DNA from: Tagaea sp.
GTDB lineage: Bacteria; Pseudomonadota; Alphaproteobacteria; CACIAM-22H2
Reading direction: 5' to 3'
Length of the DNA: 64,000 nt
Assembly (NCBI GenBank): GCA_965279525.1
Contig: CBDIIB010000004.1
Span: forward strand, 128,001 to 192,000
Numbering within the stretch: the first letter of the stretch is position 1; each line of letters begins with the position of its first letter. Position numbers and translations under genes: made by a program. Shown one piece after another: positions 56,651-64,000 of the stretch. Under the pieces are notes generated by a model. The model ran no database searches. It was not told the DNA's origin and saw nothing but the letters and a program-made list of their open reading frames with translations.

Positions 56651-57780
56651 GCGAGCTTGCAAGGGCAGACGCGCCGTTCGTGACTGCCGCTGAAGAAAAG
56701 GTTGCCGCGGCGACGCAGCTGCAGCTCACCTGGTGGCGGTTTCGAAAGCATCGTGTCGCGGTGATCAGCGGGATCATCGTGATCCTTTTCTATCTCCTGG
56801 CCCTGTTTGCGGACTTCTTTGCCGTGACCGAGCCGCATTCGACGGACGCCGCCCGAAGCTACATCCCGCCGCAGGCAATCCACTGGTTCGATCCGGACGG
56901 CAGCTTCAAGCCGCATGTCTATGCGCTCAAGGGCCGTCGCGACATGCGGACCTTCAAGCTCATTTATGCCCCGGATCCGACAGACCGACGCTATCTGCGG
57001 TTTTTCGCCGAAGGCTATTCCTACAAGCTGTTCGGCTTCTTCGAGACGAAGCGGCACATCGTCGGGCTCGACCGAGGCGTTCCGGAGGACGCTCTGTTCC
57101 TGCTCGGAACGGACCAGCTCGGTCGGGATGTCTGGTCGCGTCTGATGCTCGCGACGCGAACGTCACTGACCATCGGCCTGATCGGGGTAAGCCTTTCCTT
57201 GTTCCTCGGGATCTTGCTGGGCGGGGTATCGGGGCTTTATGGCGGCGTCATCGATACGGTGATCCAGCGCCTGATCGAGATCCTGCGCTCTATCCCGACC
57301 ATCCCGCTGTGGATGGGGCTTGCGGCGGCCCTTCCGAACGACTGGACGGTGACCCAGGTCTACATTGCCATCACGGTCATCATTTCGCTGATAGGCTGGA
57401 CCGAGCTCGCACGCGTCGTGCGAGGGCGCTTTCTTGCCCTGCGCGAGGAAGACTTCGTCACTGCGGCGGAACTTGCCGGCGCATCCCAGCTGCGCATCAT
57501 TTTCCGCCACATGGTGCCGTCGTTCCTGTCGCACATAATCGCCGCAGTCAGCCTGGCGCTGCCGGCCATGATCATCAGCGAGACGACCCTGTCGTTCCTC
57601 GGGCTTGGCCTGCGTCCGCCCGCGATATCGTGGGGAGTCCTGCTGCAGGACGCACAGAACCTCCAGGCGATCGCAATAGCACCCTGGTTGCTGCTGGTCG
57701 CGGTGCCGGTCGTCATCGTCATCCTTGCTTTCAACTTCCTGGGCGATGGCCTGCGGGATGCAGCAGACCCCTATGGCTGA
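56647..57780 (+). CDS. ABC transporter permease (DppC/OppC-like)
   Basis: WWRFRKH, LGTDQLGRD, ARVVRG, LSFLGLG, FNFLGDGLRDAADP. Confidence 0.93.
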   Translation: MSELARADAPFVTAAEEKVAAATQLQLTWWRFRKHRVAVISGIIVILFYLLALFADFFAVTEPHSTDAARSYIPPQAIHWFDPDGSFKPHVYALKGRRDMRTFKLIYAPDPTDRRYLRFFAEGYSYKLFGFFETKRHIVGLDRGVPEDALFLLGTDQLGRDVWSRLMLATRTSLTIGLIGVSLSLFLGILLGGVSGLYGGVIDTVIQRLIEILRSIPTIPLWMGLAAALPNDWTVTQVYIAITVIISLIGWTELARVVRGRFLALREEDFVTAAELAGASQLRIIFRHMVPSFLSHIIAAVSLALPAMIISETTLSFLGLGLRPPAISWGVLLQDAQNLQAIAIAPWLLLVAVPVVIVILAFNFLGDGLRDAADPYG

Positions 57781-58786
57781 CCCCATTCTTTCGGTCCGTG
57801 ATCTTCAAACGTATTTCAGGCCGGACGAGGGTGTCGTTCGGGCCGTCGACGGTGCGTCTTTCGATCTCTATCCCGGTCACACTCTCGGGATCGTCGGCGA
57901 GTCCGGCTGCGGAAAAAGCGTAACGGCACGATCGATCCTTCGCATCGTCGACCGGCCCGGCAAAGTCGAGGGTGGCGCGATGTTGCTGCGCATGGGCGAT
58001 GGCCGCGTCGTCGATATCGCGGCCATTGACGATTCGGGCGCGGAAATGCGCCACATCCGCGGCGGCGAGATCGGCTACGTATTCCAGGAGCCAATGAGTT
58101 CGCTCTCGGCGTTCTACACGATCGGTAACCAGGTGATGGAAGCCATCCGGTTGCACCGGACCGTTACGGAGAAAGAAGCGAGGGACCGCGCCATCGAGCT
58201 TCTGCAGCTCGTCGGCATTCCGCGGCCCGAGCAGCGCGTGGATTCCTACTCCTTCGAGCTGTCCGGCGGTTTGCGCCAGCGGGTCATGATCGCGCTGGCG
58301 CTTGCCGCGGAGCCGAGAATCCTGATCGCCGACGAACCGACGACGGCGTTGGACGTGACGACCCAGGCCCAGATCCTCGAACTCATCCGCAAGATTCAGG
58401 AAGAGCGGAAACTTGCCGTCGTCCTGATCACGCACGACATGGGCGTGATCGCCGAGATGGCGGATGCCGTTTCGGTCATGTATCTCGGCAAGGTTGTTGA
58501 ATCCGGACCGGTCGACACGATCTTTCATGCACCCAAGCATCCCTATACGCAGGCGCTGCTACGATCCATTCCGTCTGTTCTGGCGGAACCGCGCTCGCGT
58601 CTGGCAACGATTTCGGGAAGCATTCCTCATCCTTACGCGCGCCCGGCGGGCTGCCCTTTCCATCCACGCTGCCAGAACTACATGCGGGGAACCTGCGACA
58701 AGAGCCCGCCGCCATTGACGGTTATCGATGCCGAGCACGAGGTCCGTTGCTTCCTCTATGGCGAAGGAGCGCGGCCTGGGCCATGA
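57773..58786 (+). CDS. ABC transporter ATP-binding protein (DppD/OppD-like)
   Basis: [37 protein letters not shown]. Confidence 0.93.
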   Translation: MADPILSVRDLQTYFRPDEGVVRAVDGASFDLYPGHTLGIVGESGCGKSVTARSILRIVDRPGKVEGGAMLLRMGDGRVVDIAAIDDSGAEMRHIRGGEIGYVFQEPMSSLSAFYTIGNQVMEAIRLHRTVTEKEARDRAIELLQLVGIPRPEQRVDSYSFELSGGLRQRVMIALALAAEPRILIADEPTTALDVTTQAQILELIRKIQEERKLAVVLITHDMGVIAEMADAVSVMYLGKVVESGPVDTIFHAPKHPYTQALLRSIPSVLAEPRSRLATISGSIPHPYARPAGCPFHPRCQNYMRGTCDKSPPPLTVIDAEHEVRCFLYGEGARPGP

Positions 58787-59805
58787 CCAGTAAACGGACT
58801 GTCCTGTCGGTCGAAGGGCTCAAGAAGTACTTCCCGATACGCAAAGGTATCCTGCGGCGCGTCGTCGGAAACGTGAAGGCGGTTGACGACGTCTCGTTCA
58901 AGATCACCCACGGGGAGACGCTTTCGCTCGTCGGCGAGTCGGGTTGCGGCAAGACAACGACCTCGCGCTGCATCCTGCGTGCGATCCGGCCGACGGCCGG
59001 CGCGATCCGCTTCAACTCGTCGGACGGGGAGGGCGTCGACGTCGCCGGTCTGTCGCGCGGCGAATTGCGGCCGCTACGCCGGCAGATGCAGATGATTTTC
59101 CAGGATCCGTACTCGTCGCTCAATCCGCGAATGACGATCGCAGACATCATCGGCGAGCCGCTTCTTGTCAACGGCATCGGCGATCTTGCCGAGCGCAGAC
59201 GACGGATCGCCGAGCTGCTCGATCTCGTACAGCTGCCGCAGGCCTACATGAACCGCTTTCCGCACGCGTTCTCCGGTGGGCAGCGTCAGCGCATCGGCAT
59301 CGCGCGGGCGCTTGCGCTCAACCCGGCGCTCATCGTCGCGGACGAGCCGGTCTCGGCACTCGATGTCTCCGTCCAGGCGCAGATCATCAACCTGCTGCTC
59401 GAATTGCAGGAGCGACTGGGGCTCTCGTATCTGTTCGTCGCGCACGATCTGTCAGTCGTCAAGCATGTAAGCCATCGCGTGGCTGTCATGTATGTGGGCA
59501 GGATCGTCGAAATAGCACCCACCGAAGCGCTGTTCCGAACGCCGCGCCACCCCTATACCGAGGCGTTGCTTTCGGCCGTGCCCGTGCCCGATCCGCGCAA
59601 GCGTGCCAAACGCATCGTGCTGGCGGGCGAGGTGGCAGATCCCTCCCGCGTACCGCCGGGCTGCGCCTTCCATCCGCGCTGCCGCTACGCGATCGAGCGG
59701 TGCAAGCAGGAGATTCCGCAGCTTCAGCCGGTCGAAGGCGGCGGCATGGTTTCGTGCCACCGCGCGCAAGAACTGGCACTCGCAGGGGTCGACGAGGCGG
59801 TCTGA
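58783..59805 (+). CDS. ABC transporter ATP-binding protein (DppF/OppF-like)
   Basis: [35 protein letters not shown]. Confidence 0.93.
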   Translation: MTSKRTVLSVEGLKKYFPIRKGILRRVVGNVKAVDDVSFKITHGETLSLVGESGCGKTTTSRCILRAIRPTAGAIRFNSSDGEGVDVAGLSRGELRPLRRQMQMIFQDPYSSLNPRMTIADIIGEPLLVNGIGDLAERRRRIAELLDLVQLPQAYMNRFPHAFSGGQRQRIGIARALALNPALIVADEPVSALDVSVQAQIINLLLELQERLGLSYLFVAHDLSVVKHVSHRVAVMYVGRIVEIAPTEALFRTPRHPYTEALLSAVPVPDPRKRAKRIVLAGEVADPSRVPPGCAFHPRCRYAIERCKQEIPQLQPVEGGGMVSCHRAQELALAGVDEAV

Positions 59806-59823
59806 GAAGCCTGTCGTCTGCGA

Positions 59824-60714
59824 TCAGCCCCAGTCCGCCTCAGGCCGTATCTCGCGGACCCGCCCTCCGCCGACATAGTTGAACGCTTTTCCAGGCGGTA
59901 CCGGACCCTTCTGCACGGTACAGCCCGCGTACTCGCCCGCCTCGTCGTGGAAGGCACGGCCGTGCGCCTCGAGCGACGTCCATTCCATGCCGAGCTGGTG
60001 ATAGTGGAACTGGATCGCCCGCCGGCGGTAGGCGGAGCGGTTGGGTGCGGTGTAATGGTGGAGCAAGGCGTGAAAGATCAGCGCGTCGCCCGGCGCCAGC
60101 TCGATCGCCACGCGATCCTTGAGACGCAACTGGTCGTTCCGGATATGGCACTCGTTGACATCGACGTCCGGCAGGTGGATCGCCGGACCGCCAAGATGCG
60201 AGCCGGGGATGACTTCCATGCACCCGTTCTCCTTCGTCGCAGGGTCGAGTGCGATCCAGACGCCGACGATCAGATTCGGATCGCTTACCCGGAAATACGA
60301 CGCATCCTGATGCCATCGTTTTGCACCACCGATCTTCGGCGGTTTGATCAAGGCCATATCCTGGAAAAGGACACGTCCTTTTCCAAGGATCTGGTCGAGC
60401 ACGAGGTGCAGGCGCTGCGACATGGCTGCGGCATGCAGCGAGGGTGCATCCTCGACATACCACGCGAACTTGCGGATATGGTCTTCCCTGTTCTCCGGCC
60501 GAAGCGTCGTGGGGTCGATGCCGGGCTCGAAGGCGATCTCGGTCGATTTTCTGGGGATGCTCCCGTCGGCCAGGCCGGAGATCGCCGCGACGCAGGCCGA
60601 AACCAATTTCGGGCCGATCAGGTTCCGGATGACGAGATAGCCATCGCGCCGATACGCTGCGACGGATTCCCGATCCAGAGATGCCGTAGTCGTCTCGTTT
60701 CGTACCATCGTCAT
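59824..60714 (-). CDS. phytanoyl-CoA dioxygenase (PhyH) family Fe(II)/2-oxoglutarate enzyme
   Basis: YRRDGYLVI, KPP..G, WHQD, WIALD.AT.ENGCM.VIPGSH, H...PN.S..RR. Confidence 0.9.
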   Translation of the reverse strand: MTMVRNETTTASLDRESVAAYRRDGYLVIRNLIGPKLVSACVAAISGLADGSIPRKSTEIAFEPGIDPTTLRPENREDHIRKFAWYVEDAPSLHAAAMSQRLHLVLDQILGKGRVLFQDMALIKPPKIGGAKRWHQDASYFRVSDPNLIVGVWIALDPATKENGCMEVIPGSHLGGPAIHLPDVDVNECHIRNDQLRLKDRVAIELAPGDALIFHALLHHYTAPNRSAYRRRAIQFHYHQLGMEWTSLEAHGRAFHDEAGEYAGCTVQKGPVPPGKAFNYVGGGRVREIRPEADWG

Positions 60715-60728
60715 GTTGCAATCCTGGT

Positions 60729-61904
60729 CTATGCGAACAAGGGTGCCGGATCCGGCGTGTAGCGGGCCAGCTTCTGCCGGTCGATCGCGATGCCGAGGCC
60801 CGGGCGGTCCGGAATCGAGAGCCATCCGTCGGAATCAAGCGTGAATGGCTCGGCGAGGATTCCGTCGACATAGGCGCTGCCGCCGATGAACTCGACGAGA
60901 TCGACATCCGGGAAGGCCGAGGCCATCTGCAGGTCGGCCGCGACGCCAAGTGCGGTGTTCCACCCGTGGCCGATGTATTTGACGCCGAAATCGTAGGCCA
61001 TCCAAGCAATGCGGCGCTGTTCCGAGATGCCGCCGACTTTCGTCACGTCCGGCTGGACGATGTCGACAGCACCGCGCGTCAGCCATGGGATGAAGGCCTG
61101 GCGGCGGGTGAGGACCTCGCATCCCGCGATCGGGACGGGCGAGCAGCGCCGCAGTTCCGCATAATCGTCGATGGCGTCGGGCTTGACAGGCTCTTCGAAC
61201 CAGCCGACCGAATAGTCCTTCAGCATTTCGGCCGTGCGCTTCGCCCACTTGAAGCCGTGTGGCCACAGCGCATCGCTCGCACCCGCATCGACGAACAAGC
61301 GCGAGCTTTCGCCTGCCGCTTCGCGAGCGGCACGCACGATTGCCTCGTCGAGCTTGGTATCGAGGGCACGCCCGAACGGACCCCAACCGATCTTGAACGC
61401 CGTGAAACCCTTGGCGCGATAGGTCGCGATCACGTCGAACATCGCCTTGGGTTCTTCCATCAGCAATGAGCAATAGGGCTGTACGCGCTTGCGGTATACG
61501 CCGCCCAGCAGCCGCCCCACGCTCATGCCCGTCGCCTTGCCCAGAATGTCCCACAGGGCGATGTCGATGCCGCTGATGGCGTGCGTGAGCGTGCCGCCGC
61601 GTCCCATCCAGAACGTGTTCTGGTGCAGCTTTTCGGTTACGCGCTCGGGCTCAAGCGCATTCTCGCCGACGAAGAGCGGTTCGAGAACCTTGAGGGCAGA
61701 CTGCACCAGCCGGCCATCGGTGAAGACACTGCCGTAACCCGTGATGCCCTGATCGGTGTGCACTGCCACGATCGCATGGATGGAATCCTGGGGCCGGATC
61801 TCGGCCGACCATCCGCCCTTCGGGCTTTCGCCGAACAGGGGAGCCGCCTCGATCCGGGTTATCCGGACCGGCGGCAGAGTCTTGGTGTGGGTCTGCAGCG
61901 TCAA
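60729..61904 (-). CDS. mandelate racemase/muconate lactonizing enzyme (enolase superfamily) protein
   Basis: TDQGITGYG, AISGIDIALWDILGK, metal ligands D(AG), EEP, (G)CE, QPDVTKVGG. TTG start at 61904 after a GGGAGA RBS. Confidence 0.9.
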   Translation of the reverse strand: MTLQTHTKTLPPVRITRIEAAPLFGESPKGGWSAEIRPQDSIHAIVAVHTDQGITGYGSVFTDGRLVQSALKVLEPLFVGENALEPERVTEKLHQNTFWMGRGGTLTHAISGIDIALWDILGKATGMSVGRLLGGVYRKRVQPYCSLLMEEPKAMFDVIATYRAKGFTAFKIGWGPFGRALDTKLDEAIVRAAREAAGESSRLFVDAGASDALWPHGFKWAKRTAEMLKDYSVGWFEEPVKPDAIDDYAELRRCSPVPIAGCEVLTRRQAFIPWLTRGAVDIVQPDVTKVGGISEQRRIAWMAYDFGVKYIGHGWNTALGVAADLQMASAFPDVDLVEFIGGSAYVDGILAEPFTLDSDGWLSIPDRPGLGIAIDRQKLARYTPDPAPLFA

Positions 61905-62047
61905 AACACGTCTCCCGGGTGCATATTGCATTCAAATCCGGGGAAGCCGTCATGCTTGCCGAACGCGATCAATCCACGTGAACCGAACACCGAGTTTCCT
62001 CCCCCTTGTGGCGAGCTTCATTTCGCTCGCGCTTGGGTACGGCAAGA

Positions 62048-62059
62048 ATCGTATACGAT
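62048..62059. promoter_or_regulatory. perfect 12-bp palindrome, GntR-like operator upstream of the enolase-family gene
   Basis: ATCGTATACGAT is its own reverse complement. Confidence 0.5.
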
Positions 62060-62121
62060 GACGCAAGCTCGCCCAAGCAGAAAACTGAAAATACTATTCC
62101 TATCAATGAAATAGTGGCCGT

Positions 62122-63342
62122 TCAGCTGATGTCCTGGCCAAACGGATCGTCTACCGAATGCGCAGGCTGGGTGAACCAGCTTGCACCTGTTTCGGTGATG
62201 TACATGTGGTCTTCAAGGCGGATGCCGAACTCGCCGTAGATGCAGATCGTCGGCTCGTTCGAGAAGGTCATGCCCGGCTGCAGGACGGTGCGGTCCCCCT
62301 TCACAAGATAGGGCCACTCGTGCACGTCGAGGCCGATGCCATGGCCGGTGCGATGCGGCAGGCCCGGCGTGGCATAGCCGGGACCGAAGCCGGCACCGTT
62401 GATGACGCTGCGTGCGGCGTTGTCCACATCCTCGCAGCGGTTGCCCGGCTTGGCGGCGGCGAAGGCGGCGGCCTGCGCCGTCTTCTCCAGATTCCAGATA
62501 TCGCGCTGACGCTTTGTCGGCGTGCCGAACACGTACGAGCGCGTGATGTCCGAGAAATAGCCGTCGATCGGCGCACCCGTGTCGATCAGGATCATGTCGC
62601 CGTCTTTGAGTGTCTGCGGATAGGGCACGCCGTGCGGATAGGCTGTCGCCTCGCCGAAGAGCACGGCGTTGAACGGTGGATCGGACTCCGAACCCAGCTT
62701 GCGATGCGCCGCTACCATGAAGGCCTGGACCTCCGTCGTGGTGATCCCTTCGCGCATGATCCGTGCCGCCGCCTTGTGCGCCGCAAGCGTGATGTTCTTC
62801 GCGGTCTGCATCAGCGCCAACTCGTGATCCGACTTTATCCGCCGGCAGGCACCGGTGACGTCCGCCCCGTTGGAAAAGGTGAAGGCGTTTCCGGCGCGTC
62901 GGAGGCCGTCGAAGGTGAAGAAGGGGGTTGCCTCGTCGACGCCGATCGTCCCCTTGTCGATGCCGAGCGAGCGGACGGTGTCGATGACCAGCGCCGTCGG
63001 ATCCTCGTCCTCTTCCCACTGCACAACCTTGTCGCCGAACGTGATCATGGTCCGCAGCTTCTCGACCTCGAAGGCCGGGGAGAGATAGACGATATCGCCC
63101 CGGGCGGGCAGGATCGCTCCGTGCGCGCGCTCGGTCCGGCGCAGCTTGAGGCCGGTGAAATAGGTCAGGCTCGTCGAAACATCGAGCCACAGCGCGTCGA
63201 CGCCCTTCTCGCGCATCAGGCGCTGAGCCTTGTCGATACGCTTCAGGCGCTCGTCCACGCCGACGGGCGGAACGCTCCCGCGCATGTTCTTGAGACCCGC
63301 GAGCTCTTTCTCGGCGGTTGACCCGCCTACACCGATCGTCAT
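62122..63342 (-). CDS. Xaa-Pro dipeptidase family (M24B) protein
   Basis: PHG, DTG..DGYFSDITR, HRTGHGIGLDVHE, SNEP, GIRLED. Confidence 0.93.
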   Translation of the reverse strand: MTIGVGGSTAEKELAGLKNMRGSVPPVGVDERLKRIDKAQRLMREKGVDALWLDVSTSLTYFTGLKLRRTERAHGAILPARGDIVYLSPAFEVEKLRTMITFGDKVVQWEEDEDPTALVIDTVRSLGIDKGTIGVDEATPFFTFDGLRRAGNAFTFSNGADVTGACRRIKSDHELALMQTAKNITLAAHKAAARIMREGITTTEVQAFMVAAHRKLGSESDPPFNAVLFGEATAYPHGVPYPQTLKDGDMILIDTGAPIDGYFSDITRSYVFGTPTKRQRDIWNLEKTAQAAAFAAAKPGNRCEDVDNAARSVINGAGFGPGYATPGLPHRTGHGIGLDVHEWPYLVKGDRTVLQPGMTFSNEPTICIYGEFGIRLEDHMYITETGASWFTQPAHSVDDPFGQDIS

Positions 63343-63360
63343 CGACTTCTCTCCGTTGCT

Positions 63361-64000
63361 TCAGCGCCGGTAGCGCCATTGAACCAATATGTTCGCGGTC
63401 GCCGTCAGGATGAGGGTCGCCGACATCAGGATGAAGGCGGTTGCCGCACCGAACGGCCAGTTGTTGAGCTGGAACTGCCCGAAAACGAGCGGCCCCATCA
63501 TCTTGAATTTCGGCCCACCGAGCAGGACCGGCGTGGCGTACGCATTCATGCCGAGAATGAAGGTCAGGATCGTGCCGGCCAGCAGGCCGGGCAAGGCGAG
63601 CGGCAGAAGCACCCGCCGGGTCATTTCGTAGGGACCCGCTCCCATGCTGAACGCGGCCTCCTCGAGCGAGCGATTGATGCCTTCGATGACGCTCTGCAGC
63701 GTCAGGACCATGTAGGGCAAGTTGACCGCGACGATCCCGACAATCACGGCACCCTCGGTGAACATCATCTGCATCGGTGTGTCGATGATGCCGAAATCCA
63801 TCAGCGTGACGTTGAGAAAGCCCTTGTTCCCTAGAAGCGTCATCCAGCCGGCTGCGCGGACGGCATTGCCGACGAACAGCGGCAGGACGACGAGAATGAT
63901 GAGGACGTTCTTGAATCGGGTCTGTGTGCGCGCGAGGACATAGGCGAGCGGCAATCCGAGAACGAGGCAGATCACCGTACAGAGGCCGGCGACATAGAGA
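63361..64000 (-). CDS. ABC transporter permease (PotB-like), 5' end outside window
   Basis: LPLFVGNAVRAAGW, LEEAAFSMGA, AYATPVLLGG, NWPFGAA. Confidence 0.88.
   Translation of the reverse strand, partial: LYVAGLCTVICLVLGLPLAYVLARTQTRFKNVLIILVVLPLFVGNAVRAAGWMTLLGNKGFLNVTLMDFGIIDTPMQMMFTEGAVIVGIVAVNLPYMVLTLQSVIEGINRSLEEAAFSMGAGPYEMTRRVLLPLALPGLLAGTILTFILGMNAYATPVLLGGPKFKMMGPLVFGQFQLNNWPFGAATAFILMSATLILTATANILVQWRYRR

Noticed and set aside
1-64000. Mobile elements, tRNA, rRNA, defence systems
   Set aside because: No transposase, integrase, nuclease or structural RNA signatures recognised by eye. A covariance-model scan would be needed to exclude small RNAs.

Overview
GC-rich, gene-dense bacterial window, probably alphaproteobacterial (inferred from protein sequences and the nas gene layout). 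It holds about 57 CDS, almost all for nutrient uptake, catabolism and regulation. I found no rRNA, tRNA, CRISPR array or transposase. Modules from left to right: (1) 1-12.3 kb, amine/polyamine-type ABC transporter with FAD oxidoreductases, acyl-CoA ligase, dehydrogenase and hydratase, a GcvT-like protein and an XRE-cupin regulator; (2) LysR, sulfatase and sugar-type ABC transporter; (3) FadR regulator with two FAH-family hydrolases, an SsuA/NMT1-type ABC transporter and an Ldh_2 dehydrogenase; (4) a nitrate assimilation operon (nasT, nasS, nrtABC, NADH oxidoreductase, nirA, FeS-flavoprotein, nasA, degenerate cysG) with a clear sigma54 promoter and ANTAR antitermination leader; (5) hydroxyproline catabolism; (6) a HutC-type GntR, Fe-ADH and GGT-family operon plus a TRAP transporter and ferritin-like diiron enzyme operon that share a putative operator, the best candidate here for an undescribed system; (7) MlrC peptidase, EamA, family-5 ABC transporter, PhyH dioxygenase, enolase-superfamily enzyme and M24 peptidase. 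Start codons were refined by eye from the ORF track. All functional calls come from motif recognition, not database searches.
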